A stretch of 64,000 nucleotides of DNA from an uncultured Gammaproteobacteria bacterium (GTDB lineage Bacteria; Patescibacteriota; Microgenomatia; UBA8517), in the NCBI GenBank assembly GCA_964617045.1, contig CAZTVZ010000001.1, forward strand, positions 136,763-200,762, in the 5' to 3' direction. A program made the position numbers and the translations under genes. Positions 38,132 to 47,444 of this stretch are shown here, piece after piece. The notes below the pieces were generated by a model, which was not told the origin of the DNA, did no database searches, and saw only the letters and a list, made by a program, of their open reading frames with translations. The number at the start of each line of letters is the position of its first letter. Within the stretch, counting starts at the first letter, position 1.

Positions 38132-38764
38132 ATGAAAATATTTTTGATTAGGCACGCAAAAGGAAACGCCCAAAATGGTTGCTGGCAACAACCCAGCACA
38201 CCTCTTGGCGATATCGGTTTAATGCAAGCAAAAAAACTCTCCAAACTTACTAGATTTAATGATACTGATTTTGTTATTTCCAGTACTCTTCAGCGCGGTC
38301 TTGAAACTGCAAATATTTTAGTAGAAAAAATAAAGGTTCCAATAATTAGTACTAACCTTGTCGATGAGCGCCGCCAAAGCAATAAAATATATGGTCAAAA
38401 TTTTGAGTCAGAAATTGGGAAAAATTATCGAGATTCATTTAATAATAGTGGCAATAAAATTGTTTGGAAATTTGACGCTACCGAAGAGTCTGTTGATGAC
38501 GTGACAGCAAGGGCAATTAAATTCGCTAATATTCTCATAAAAGAATACAAAGGGAGCAATATTGCAATTGTTAGTCACGATATTTTTATTCGAGCCTTTA
38601 TTGCAACTTGTATCCTTAACAAGCAAGAAAATGATAGTTCATTTCAAAAATTATTTAATTCCCTATCGGTAAACAATTGTGGAATTACTCTTATGGAATT
38701 CTCGGAAGATAAATCCATGTGGAAAATATTATATTTCAACGATTTTTCTTATCTATTCCATTAG
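38132..38764 (+). CDS. Histidine phosphatase superfamily (phosphoglycerate mutase-like) protein
   Basis: MKIFLIRHAKG N-terminus (an RHG-like catalytic motif) and a later conserved His (VSHDIFIR). Confidence 0.5.
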   Translation: MKIFLIRHAKGNAQNGCWQQPSTPLGDIGLMQAKKLSKLTRFNDTDFVISSTLQRGLETANILVEKIKVPIISTNLVDERRQSNKIYGQNFESEIGKNYRDSFNNSGNKIVWKFDATEESVDDVTARAIKFANILIKEYKGSNIAIVSHDIFIRAFIATCILNKQENDSSFQKLFNSLSVNNCGITLMEFSEDKSMWKILYFNDFSYLFH

Positions 38765-39034
38765 ATTGTTTTAACAATGTGTTCTAAAATTTTATTGTGA
38801 GTTTTAGCCGCGGATTTATAATATTTCGGATTATTCTTCATAAAATAATCCAAAGCCCGTGTAGATATGAAAAGCGTATAGAAATTAATAGCCTTTAATA
38901 AACTTTCATTTATTTTTTGGTTCTTGAAATATCCTTCCAGAAAATACCCAAACTTGTCCATATTATTTCCCATCCTAATCGTATGAAATAATAAAGTTGA
39001 ATTTGCATTATTTCCCAAGATACCCTTAAAATCA

Positions 39035-39640
39035 TTGTTAGTTATGGATAAAGTACTCGATGCTGATATCTTAAGAAGATCTCTAGAAAAAGCCCAGAGT
39101 GACGGAACATGGAAAAGAGCCGATGTACCTAAAAACCCAGAGGTCGTTCCCCCTTTCAAGGAAGGATCAATTAATACCCAAACGGGTCAAATTAAACCCG
39201 AGAGAACACACGAAGAATCGATGGAGTTCTTCCATAAAGCAATTGAGGAGTACAAACAGTGGGATGAGGCTGAAAAAGCTTTAAATACAGAGAACACCGT
39301 CCTTCCCACCACCGAAACACCTGCATCTTCAACACCCGACGCACTTATTCCACTACCCGAAAAGAAAAGTATTTTTGACAAGATAAAATCTCTGTTTGCT
39401 CCTAAACCCAAGGTAGTTGAACCTAACAAGCGATCCGGTCAAGAGGTGTTTGCCTCCGAGGAACAAATAAAGTGGGCAGAAATGGCAGAAAACAGACGAG
39501 GTGTTTTTTCCGGTCACGAAAGTATTCCTGCAGGAGAAAATACGGAAATATTAGCACCAGGTGCTAAAGTAATTGCCACCCCTGAAACGGACAAAAGTAA
39601 GCTTACCCCACCTCAACCCCCCAAGGGAACAACAGGTTGA
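39035..39640 (+). CDS. Hypothetical low-complexity protein. It conflicts with the antisense ORF 38761..39159, so one of the two is spurious.
   Basis: ORF only. The P/T/E-rich C-terminus ends in PPQPPKGTTG. Confidence 0.3.
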   Translation: MLVMDKVLDADILRRSLEKAQSDGTWKRADVPKNPEVVPPFKEGSINTQTGQIKPERTHEESMEFFHKAIEEYKQWDEAEKALNTENTVLPTTETPASSTPDALIPLPEKKSIFDKIKSLFAPKPKVVEPNKRSGQEVFASEEQIKWAEMAENRRGVFSGHESIPAGENTEILAPGAKVIATPETDKSKLTPPQPPKGTTG

Positions 39641-39729
39641 CTCTAACCTCCATATTTGGTATTATTTACCTTGTTCCTAAGACAGTACGCATTCAAATAA
39701 GTCGTACCGAGGCGATTAAACACACGTAA

Positions 39730-39753
39730 AGCGCGCCTCGAGCGCTTTTTTTT
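39730..39753 (+). terminator. Rho-independent terminator/attenuator hairpin in the rplJ leader
   Basis: agcgc-gcctcga-gcgct stem-loop followed by T8. Ends 22 nt before the rplJ ATG. A 6-codon mini-ORF (MASWEK) sits between it and rplJ. Confidence 0.5.
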
Positions 39754-39775
39754 ATGGCTTCTTGGGAAAAATAAA

Positions 39776-40294
39776 ATGAAAAAAGCAGAAAAAACATTTT
39801 TCGTAGACAATTTGACCGAAGAACTAAAGGCCGCCAAGTCTGTTGTTCTCGTCAACTATTCCGGTATGGGTGTTGCAAAACAACAAGAACTTAAAAAGCA
39901 ACTCTCCGAAGTAGGTTCAAAAATGATCGTTGTCAAAAACACTCTTCTAAAATTGGCAGGAGAAAAAGCAGAAATTAACCCACAGGTTCTGGAAGAGTCT
40001 GTTCTTTCTGGACAAACTGCTTTGATTGTCTCCGAAGTTGATCCGATTGGACCCATACAGGTACTCGGTAAATTTGCAAAAGAAAACGAAATTCCTCAAA
40101 TGAAAGTCGGCATAGTAGACGGATCCTTCCAAGATGAAGGGTCGTTGAAAAAACTTGCCACCTTGCCTGGAAGAGATGTTCTTTTGGGACAAGTACTTGG
40201 TGCTTTAATGGCACCTTCATACTCCCTCGTTGGAGTACTTAACGCAGGACCTCAAATGCTTGTATCTATGCTTGATAGAAAGGCTAAGAGTTAA
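39776..40294 (+). CDS. rplJ: 50S ribosomal protein L10
   Basis: MKKAEKTFFVDNLTEELKAAKSVVLVNYSGMGVAKQQELKKQL. Confidence 0.9.
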   Translation: MKKAEKTFFVDNLTEELKAAKSVVLVNYSGMGVAKQQELKKQLSEVGSKMIVVKNTLLKLAGEKAEINPQVLEESVLSGQTALIVSEVDPIGPIQVLGKFAKENEIPQMKVGIVDGSFQDEGSLKKLATLPGRDVLLGQVLGALMAPSYSLVGVLNAGPQMLVSMLDRKAKS

Positions 40295-40317
40295 TTTTGT
40301 AAGGGGGGTGATTATTA

Positions 40318-40725
40318 ATGGCAGACGCAGAAAACAAATTATCAGAAAAAGTTTCGAAATTGGTTGATTCTATTTCAGAACTTTCAGTATTGGAACTTTC
40401 TGAACTCGTAAATGCACTTCAAGACAAACTTGGAGTATCAGCAATGCCGGTTGCAGCCGCAGCCGCTCCAGTAGCAGGAGCACCAGCAGCTGATGCCGCA
40501 CCTGAAGCGGGAGCTAACCAAACAGTTGTAATGACTGATGCAGGAGCTAACAAAATCGGAGTCATTAAAGCACTCAGGGAGATCAATCAAAACTTGACAC
40601 TCATGGAGGCAAAAGGAATGACCGAAACGCTTCCAGCTGAAATCTTGAAAGACGCAAAAGCAGAAGACGCTAAAGCAGCCGCAGATAAACTTACGGCAGC
40701 CGGAGCAAAAGTCGAACTTAAGTAA
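40318..40725 (+). CDS. rplL: 50S ribosomal protein L7/L12
   Basis: N-terminal dimerisation helix, Ala/Pro-rich hinge, and C-terminal domain GVIKALREI...GAKVELK. GGGG SD-like sequence upstream. Confidence 0.9.
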   Translation: MADAENKLSEKVSKLVDSISELSVLELSELVNALQDKLGVSAMPVAAAAAPVAGAPAADAAPEAGANQTVVMTDAGANKIGVIKALREINQNLTLMEAKGMTETLPAEILKDAKAEDAKAAADKLTAAGAKVELK

Positions 40726-40753
40726 TTAAGTGCTTTGAATCTTTTCTAAAAAG

Positions 40754-40778
40754 TCCGTCCCTAAAAGACGGATTTTTT
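40754..40778. terminator. Bidirectional intrinsic terminator between rplL and the convergent ATP-grasp gene
   Basis: tccgtc-cctaaaa-gacgga followed by T6 on the plus strand. A T-run is also present on the minus strand. Confidence 0.6.
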
Positions 40779-41679
40779 AGTGGAGAAAAATTAAATATTT
40801 GAGGATTTCTTTCTCGACAACAATTCCATTATCTTTCGACACGCTATCCCATCTTGGAGCCGAATTTACTTCGAGAATGTACGGTTTTCCGGTTTCGTCT
40901 TCGTGAATTACATCTACTCCTGCAATATTTATTCCCAACGCTTTGCAAGCGTTTACAGCTATTTTGGCATCTTCTTCGGGAATCGGATCAAGGGATCTCC
41001 TTTCTCCTTCTGGGAACTCTCCCCCAATTTTTTTGATAAACCTTCTCCTCCACCTTGTCGGCCTGGTAATGCCGGCAACAGCTGCATCGCCGATAACAAA
41101 TATTCTGAATCTTTGAGAGGCTTTAATAAATTCCTGGGCGATAAATCTTCCGCCTTTTTCTTCTATCTCAAACAATGGTTCGGTTATTTTTCTAAGTTTT
41201 TCTTCGTCTTTAGGAGACCACACCGCATTTCCCTGTTTTCCTTGTGTTCCTTTAATGACAAACGGGTACCCGAATATTTTTGGGGCATTGACGCATATAT
41301 TCTCAAGCGATCCGTAATATGTTTTTGGGAAAGGAATACCCCCTTCGTATAAAAGCTTACCCTCCAAAGACTTGGCTATGGGAAGTCTGACAAATCTACT
41401 TTTCTCGTATGCCTCATCAACCACCTTAATCCCTTTTTGTTTTGCGTAATCGACAAGAAGAGATGCATCTTCGAACCTTTTCCCTACAAGTCGAATATAA
41501 ATAATTTCAAAATCGTCTAAAGGCGTATCCCCAACTTTTAAAACGAATTCGTTTTCCGTAACATAGTTTAGATCCGAAAAACTGGCAATCATCACATCCA
41601 ACCCCATCTTTTTACCTTCCTCAACAAAAGGAACCAGATGTTTTTTCCCTCCACCAGCGATAACTAATATTTTTTTCAT
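40777..41679 (-). CDS. RimK-like ATP-grasp ligase (alpha-L-glutamate ligase family)
   Basis: YPFVIKGTQGKQGNAVW, and ILEVNSAPRW in the C-terminal ATP-grasp Mg-binding region. Confidence 0.7.
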   Translation of the reverse strand: MKKILVIAGGGKKHLVPFVEEGKKMGLDVMIASFSDLNYVTENEFVLKVGDTPLDDFEIIYIRLVGKRFEDASLLVDYAKQKGIKVVDEAYEKSRFVRLPIAKSLEGKLLYEGGIPFPKTYYGSLENICVNAPKIFGYPFVIKGTQGKQGNAVWSPKDEEKLRKITEPLFEIEEKGGRFIAQEFIKASQRFRIFVIGDAAVAGITRPTRWRRRFIKKIGGEFPEGERRSLDPIPEEDAKIAVNACKALGINIAGVDVIHEDETGKPYILEVNSAPRWDSVSKDNGIVVEKEILKYLIFLH

Positions 41680-42960
41680 TTAAGGATTAACAAGGAAACC
41701 GTCCAAGTCCTTCCTCCCAATTATTATCTGTCTTTTCAATTTACTTCTGTCCGCAACCCCGGCAGCCGTTCGTATCTTTCTTCCTTTTAACCAGTAAACC
41801 AAATTAACAATAGCCCTTTTTTCTTTTCCGAGAGAGCTTCTGACGCTTTTGTACCAAAGTATGTTGTCGGGTGCAATCAACCCCAAATCCATTGCAAGAG
41901 TTCTGTCGATAGAAGTTCTATATGCACCGGTATCGATTTTTGCGGGGATAACTATCTTTTTACCGTTTTTGTTTTTGATCTTCACTTCCGCAAAAACATC
42001 TACGGTTTTAATTCCCTCTTCCGCCCTTACTCTGTCCGCGAAATCCGAAGCAAACAAGGATTTGGCAATTTTTACTCCGTGTTCTGCATCGACAACTTTT
42101 AAACCCTCCACACGATCAAGCCTTTTTCTTAATCCCGTTTGATTTGCAAGTTGGATATTCAGTCCCGGCTCGGCATTCATCTCAAGTACCATGGGTCCCT
42201 TTTCGGGATGAAGAACAATATCGACTCCAATGTATCCCAAATGGGATACCATTTGGGCTTTTACCGCGGTCAGAAGAACTTGAGTCCAGTTTGGTATTTT
42301 TATCCCGTGCAATTTTCTCATTGTGCCCGGTTTGAATTTAATCATGTTCTCCTGATAGAGAGCATGCGTGGTAATACCTGTTGCAATATCTATCCCGACA
42401 CCAATAGCACCCTGGTGAAGATTGGCTCTTCCTCCTGATTCTTTAGTAGGAAGCCTGAGCATTGCCATTACGGGTATGCGATTGAATACGATAATACGAA
42501 TATCGGGAGTTCCTCTGAATGCATATTTCCTGAATGCCTTATGTCTTCCAACGTACTCTTGAACAAAAGCAATGTCGGGAACATTGTCCATCGAGTATGC
42601 ACCCTCCAGTATTTCGAGTGTGTGAAATTTCAAATCATCAATCGATATCTTTTTCCTTTGGGTGGTAATCCATCCTTGTCCGTCTTTGGATTTTTTCTTG
42701 GCAACAATTATTCCTTCTCCACCCAAACCCTTTGATGGCTTTAGTGCAAACGATCCCGGAAGCTGGTTCCAATCAAAATTTTCGATATCTTCGGGCTTTT
42801 TAAACTTCTTATAAATCTGAGGGTTGGAAATCTCCGCCCTGGTCAACAGTTTATTGGTTAGCAACTTAGAATCCGCAATTCCTTTTCCCTTGGGAGAATT
42901 GTATACGTACGAATACAGCTGTGATCTAGCATTTAAACCAAGAATCGAAGAAAGTTTCAT
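41680..42960 (-). CDS. Alpha-L-glutamate-ligase-related ATP-grasp protein with a C-terminal retropepsin-like (DTG) putative protease domain
   Basis: ATP-grasp-like core (GSFALKPSKGLGGEGII; VLEMNAEPGL). C-terminal AKIDTGAYRTSID aspartyl-protease motif (Zn_protease/DUF785-like). Confidence 0.6.
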   Translation of the reverse strand: MKLSSILGLNARSQLYSYVYNSPKGKGIADSKLLTNKLLTRAEISNPQIYKKFKKPEDIENFDWNQLPGSFALKPSKGLGGEGIIVAKKKSKDGQGWITTQRKKISIDDLKFHTLEILEGAYSMDNVPDIAFVQEYVGRHKAFRKYAFRGTPDIRIIVFNRIPVMAMLRLPTKESGGRANLHQGAIGVGIDIATGITTHALYQENMIKFKPGTMRKLHGIKIPNWTQVLLTAVKAQMVSHLGYIGVDIVLHPEKGPMVLEMNAEPGLNIQLANQTGLRKRLDRVEGLKVVDAEHGVKIAKSLFASDFADRVRAEEGIKTVDVFAEVKIKNKNGKKIVIPAKIDTGAYRTSIDRTLAMDLGLIAPDNILWYKSVRSSLGKEKRAIVNLVYWLKGRKIRTAAGVADRSKLKRQIIIGRKDLDGFLVNP

Positions 42961-43847
42961 TTGTTTAATAATTTCCTGAATCGCCAGATTTCAAGAAGTC
43001 TTAAGCCAACATATTTGCCCAAGAAAAAGTTAAAGAGTGCGGTAATAAGAAGAAGAATTTCCGGATTAAGAAGGGCAAATTCTTGTATCGGTTTTAAGGT
43101 AAGGAATAGATATGAAAGCAAAGCAAGGATTATTGTTTCCGAAGTTATATTAATAGCAGTCTTAACACTTTTACCCATCTGAACTCTGGTAAAGTCCTCC
43201 GCAAGAAGTGCAAGAATTAATACCGGGAAAATGGACACATCTGACAATGACGGATATTTAATGATCGGAGCAAGGAAAAGTATACCGAGAACTCCGAGAG
43301 CTACAAACCAAAGGGTAAAGGCCATTCTGGGTAAATACTGAAGTTTAATCTTGGTCCACTTCAAAAATGCTCTTATCAAACTCGCAACCAAAATAATCAC
43401 CAGGAACAACAGAAATCCGACAATAGGCCCTGTTGCAATAAACACAACGGAAAGTGCAGCAGGCAAAAATATTCCGAATCCTCTGAGACCTATTAAATGC
43501 CTTGCTCCTGCGATAACAGAGGCGGCAACTGGCAAGAGAAGAAGCAGGACCATGGTGTTTGCCGGTACTCCGGCGTCAACAGCTCCCCGGATTGCATATT
43601 TAATAGGACTTAGATAATGTGACCCAAGTTTTTGTTCGTTTAGTAGTTTTTCCAAAGGGTCCAAATTCTCTCTGGTATCCTCTACCAGTTTTGGCGCAGG
43701 AGTCGGAGTGGGAGTCGGAGATTCCGAAACCGTGGGTGTTGCACTGGGGGAGGCAGTCAAAGCCGCTACTCCACCAAAAGAGGAGAAAAATATTACAAGA
43801 AATGCAAGTAAGGAAAAGGCGGTTTTACGCATATTGGGAAAAATCAA
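42957..43847 (-). CDS. 7-TM membrane protein with an N-terminal signal peptide and PT-rich linker, of the kind found with RimK-like ATP-grasp systems
   Basis: Signal peptide, SPSATPTVSESPTPTPTPAP linker, then about seven hydrophobic helices. Overlaps the upstream gene by 4 nt. Confidence 0.45.
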   Translation of the reverse strand: MIFPNMRKTAFSLLAFLVIFFSSFGGVAALTASPSATPTVSESPTPTPTPAPKLVEDTRENLDPLEKLLNEQKLGSHYLSPIKYAIRGAVDAGVPANTMVLLLLLPVAASVIAGARHLIGLRGFGIFLPAALSVVFIATGPIVGFLLFLVIILVASLIRAFLKWTKIKLQYLPRMAFTLWFVALGVLGILFLAPIIKYPSLSDVSIFPVLILALLAEDFTRVQMGKSVKTAINITSETIILALLSYLFLTLKPIQEFALLNPEILLLITALFNFFLGKYVGLRLLEIWRFRKLLNK

Positions 43848-43951
43848 AATCTAAGTAATATTATATCAGTTTTTGCCCCTCGAACCGATAAGGACGTCGA
43901 AATATGGAAAAATGGCCATAAAATGGTACGATATTGATACTCTAAGTAAAA

Positions 43952-44665
43952 ATGACGCATACCAAAAACATTGTGATTCTTCATGGCTGGGGTTCTTCTG
44001 TCGTCAAGTTCGAACCTCTGGCGGCAAATCTAAAAAAGACAGGCTGGAAAGTTCTAACCGTTGAAATGCCAGGTTTTGACCTCAAGGCTCCTCAAAAACC
44101 ATGGACACTCAATGATTATGCGGATTTCATTGTTTCCAAAGCCAGGAAACATTTCGGAAAATCAAAATACGTGCTATTCGGCCACTCTTTCGGAGCCAGG
44201 ATCGGGATAAAGATTGCATCCGAGGGTTTCCCCGAGCTGTCGGGTTTGGTTCTTTGTAGTGCACCAGGTATCTCCCGAACGGTGTCGGTTAAAAGATACG
44301 CTTTTGCAATTATTTCAAAAATCGGCAAATTGACCCTCGGTAAAAATCCCCATCCGATATTCAAAAAAATGCTTTATAAATTTGCTAGAGAACACGATTA
44401 CGAGAAAACATCCGGAGTAATGAAGCAGACAATGACCAACGTTATCTCGGAAGACTTGAAGCCTTTGGTATCCAAAATTAATATTCCCACCCTTATTCTT
44501 TGGGGCGACAAAGACACCATGACTCCACCCAAGGATGCAAAATTCATAAATAACAAAATTCCGGGATCGGTTCTAAATATTCATGACGGTTATGGCCACC
44601 GAATACCTTACGATATTCCGGAAATACTTTCCCGTGACATTGAAATTTGGTTTAAAAAATTATGA
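43952..44665 (+). CDS. Alpha/beta hydrolase fold protein
   Basis: VILHGWGSS, and the nucleophile elbow LFGHSFGARIG (GxSxG). Confidence 0.7.
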   Translation: MTHTKNIVILHGWGSSVVKFEPLAANLKKTGWKVLTVEMPGFDLKAPQKPWTLNDYADFIVSKARKHFGKSKYVLFGHSFGARIGIKIASEGFPELSGLVLCSAPGISRTVSVKRYAFAIISKIGKLTLGKNPHPIFKKMLYKFAREHDYEKTSGVMKQTMTNVISEDLKPLVSKINIPTLILWGDKDTMTPPKDAKFINNKIPGSVLNIHDGYGHRIPYDIPEILSRDIEIWFKKL

Positions 44666-46218
44666 TTACTCTGACATTATGGATTTTCCAGGCAATATAT
44701 TTTCTTTCAGTATACGTATACTGGATTCAAACCAAAGAATACCGTATCGACAAACTTGTTGATTTTGTTAAATCGGGTCAAGCCATAAGAAAACTATTTC
44801 TGCCGATTCTTTTTGCAAAAATAATCCTGCTTTTAATCCTCCATTTTGTTTCCAGTGTCACATGGATAATTCCTTATGTGTTCGGTGCAATCGTCATTTA
44901 TGTTTTATATAGGCTCTTAAGCTTCGGAATAACCAGACCAATACTTACGCTAAGAGCAATTTTGATTATTTTCGGCTCCCTGTTTATTTTATCGTTATCT
45001 GTATTGATACGTGCACCTTTTGTGTTATTGGAACTGCTATTGATAACTTCACCCGTTCTTTTGATGCTGATTACCGACATTCCGGTAATTATAGTTAAAA
45101 ATCGAATAATTGAATGTGCAAAAGAAAAACTTGAGAATATTAATCCAACCATTATCGCAATTACAGGAAGCTACGGGAAAACAACAACCAAAGAATTTAT
45201 TTATCAATTACTTTCTTCCTCGTATAATACGGTGGCTACGGAGGGAAGCCAAAATACTCCAATCGGAATAGCAAGAAAAATACTGAGAGATATAAAGCCC
45301 GGTGTAAAATTCTTCATCGTGGAAATGGGGGCATACAAGCAGGGTGAAATAAACAGGCTTTGCGATATCGCCAGACCCGATATTTCCGTATTAACGGGTA
45401 TAGATACCCAGCATGTATCACTTTTCGGAAGTTTCGAAAATCTTAAAAATGCAAAGTACGAAATTGTTCAAAATTTGGATAAGAACGGCTTGGCAATATT
45501 TAACACAAACAACAGTGAGATTAATGAATTTATTGAAAAAGCAAAAAAGTCAAAGATAGAATTTGCTGAATATACTTCCGGCAAAAAAGTCCCAGTAAAT
45601 GGGATCACTGTTTTAAGTGCGTCAGAAAACATAAAAGGATTAACGGTTAACGTCAAAATTAAACACGATAAGGGGATTGTGCAAACTGCCATACACGGTA
45701 AACATTTTGCCGAAAACCTCGCATGCGCAATTTATATTGCAAGATTAAATAAAATTCCGTGGACAGAAATTAAAAGGATATGCCGCAACTTAAAGCTTCC
45801 TCAAAAGACAATGAACTTTATTCCGACGGGTCTAGGAAGCGTAATTATCGACGACTCTTTCAATTCTACCCCCACTGCTTTTGTATCAGCGCTTCATTCT
45901 CTTTCCTCTTTTAAAACTAAGAAAGCCATCATTACACCGGGTTTACTGGAACTCGGTAAATACACAGAGAGAGAACATGTCAAAATTGGAAAGCTTCTCA
46001 GCAATAGGTACGATAAAATAATATTAACTAACAGAGAATTTGCTTCATATATCAAAGAAGGTATAGGTAACAGCAAAAAACCGGCTTTAGTTGTTAACGA
46101 GAACACCAACGATATACATAAGATCGCAATCGATTTGATTAAATCCGGTTATACAATCCTTCTGGAAGGAAGAGTCTCTGTTGATGCCAAATCATTAGCC
46201 GAAAGGAGAATAATATGA
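44662..46218 (+). CDS. Mur ligase family protein (MurF-like) whose N-terminal domain is replaced by a 4-TM membrane domain
   Basis: IIAITGSYGKTTTKE P-loop of Mur ligases, and the central and C-terminal Mur ligase domains. The first ~150 aa are strongly hydrophobic. Confidence 0.65.
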   Translation: MITLTLWIFQAIYFLSVYVYWIQTKEYRIDKLVDFVKSGQAIRKLFLPILFAKIILLLILHFVSSVTWIIPYVFGAIVIYVLYRLLSFGITRPILTLRAILIIFGSLFILSLSVLIRAPFVLLELLLITSPVLLMLITDIPVIIVKNRIIECAKEKLENINPTIIAITGSYGKTTTKEFIYQLLSSSYNTVATEGSQNTPIGIARKILRDIKPGVKFFIVEMGAYKQGEINRLCDIARPDISVLTGIDTQHVSLFGSFENLKNAKYEIVQNLDKNGLAIFNTNNSEINEFIEKAKKSKIEFAEYTSGKKVPVNGITVLSASENIKGLTVNVKIKHDKGIVQTAIHGKHFAENLACAIYIARLNKIPWTEIKRICRNLKLPQKTMNFIPTGLGSVIIDDSFNSTPTAFVSALHSLSSFKTKKAIITPGLLELGKYTEREHVKIGKLLSNRYDKIILTNREFASYIKEGIGNSKKPALVVNENTNDIHKIAIDLIKSGYTILLEGRVSVDAKSLAERRII

Positions 46219-47444
46219 TATCGATATCGCTATCCCCGAATCTTGAAAAAGACGATTTCAAATTGGCATTAAGGATGCTTTTTTCTCCTAATCGTTGGGT
46301 TTCGGGAAACTCAAACAATATTTTGACTCAAAAGTTTTCCAAAATTATTGGGAAGGATTATGACTGTTGGCCGATAAATAGCGGTCGAAGTGGCTTGTAT
46401 ATCATTCTTAAAACTCTAGGATTAGATCGCGATTCAGAGGTGATTATCCAGGCGCTTACTTGTATTGTCGTTCCCAATGCCATTCGCGCTCTTGGTGCAA
46501 ATCCCGTGTTTGCGGATGTCGACAGTTCATTTAATCTCGACCCTAAAGATTTTGAAAGAAAAATAACAAACCGTACCAAAGCGGTAATAGTTCAGCATAC
46601 ATTCGGAGTCCCCACAAATATGAAAGAAATTTTAAAGATTGCACGAAAACACGAGATTTTCGTAATCGAAGATTGCGCCCACTCGTTGGGGGTATCTTTT
46701 AAAGGTAAACCATTGGGAACATTTGGTGATATTGCCTTCTTCAGTTTCGGGCGCGATAAAGTAATCTCTTCGGTTTTTGGAGGAATGATAACAACCAAGA
46801 ATAAGTCGATAGAAGCTAAAATCGACAAACTAATCGAGATTCTTCCCTACAATTCAAAACTGTTTATTTTTAAACAACTTCTGCATCCGATAATCACCTA
46901 TTTCTCAGTTAAATTCTATTCCCCTTTCGGTAAAATAATTTTTTACCTGGCTTCAAAATCAAAATTGTTATCAAAAGCTGTGTTTTCGAAAGAAAAACTG
47001 GGGATTCAACCCGATTTCTTTCCGGCTAAATTACCCAATGCCCTTTCGGTTTTGGCTGTTCATCAACTCAACAAATTATCTAAATTGAATAAAAGAAGAT
47101 ATGAAATTGCAAAAACATATTTTACCGACCTGAAAAACACGAATTTTAAATTACCCCATGCATCGGAGGTTCCACCCTTATTAAGGTTTCCTATACTAAC
47201 AGATAAGGCTTCGGAATTGGAACTGTACTTCGCTAAAAAGAAAATATATCTGGGAGACTGGTACAAAGACGTGGTAATGCCCAAAACCAGTGATAAATTC
47301 TCAGGATACAAAAGAGGTTCGTGTCCCAAAGCCGAAGAGTATTCCAAGGAGATGCTCAACTTACCTACAAATCCCACACTTGGCACTAATGATGTTAATA
47401 TGATTGTTGATTTACTTTCAAAATGGTCAAATACTCACAAATAA
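46215..47444 (+). CDS. DegT/DnrJ/EryC1/StrS-family PLP-dependent sugar aminotransferase
   Basis: IEDCAHSLG, and FSFGRDKVISS (Lys in FxxxK). Confidence 0.8.
   Translation: MISISLSPNLEKDDFKLALRMLFSPNRWVSGNSNNILTQKFSKIIGKDYDCWPINSGRSGLYIILKTLGLDRDSEVIIQALTCIVVPNAIRALGANPVFADVDSSFNLDPKDFERKITNRTKAVIVQHTFGVPTNMKEILKIARKHEIFVIEDCAHSLGVSFKGKPLGTFGDIAFFSFGRDKVISSVFGGMITTKNKSIEAKIDKLIEILPYNSKLFIFKQLLHPIITYFSVKFYSPFGKIIFYLASKSKLLSKAVFSKEKLGIQPDFFPAKLPNALSVLAVHQLNKLSKLNKRRYEIAKTYFTDLKNTNFKLPHASEVPPLLRFPILTDKASELELYFAKKKIYLGDWYKDVVMPKTSDKFSGYKRGSCPKAEEYSKEMLNLPTNPTLGTNDVNMIVDLLSKWSNTHK

Noticed and set aside
38761-39159. 132-aa minus-strand ORF
   Set aside because: It overlaps the 5' part of plus-strand ORF 39035..39640. 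Neither has motif support. Only one low-confidence call is retained.
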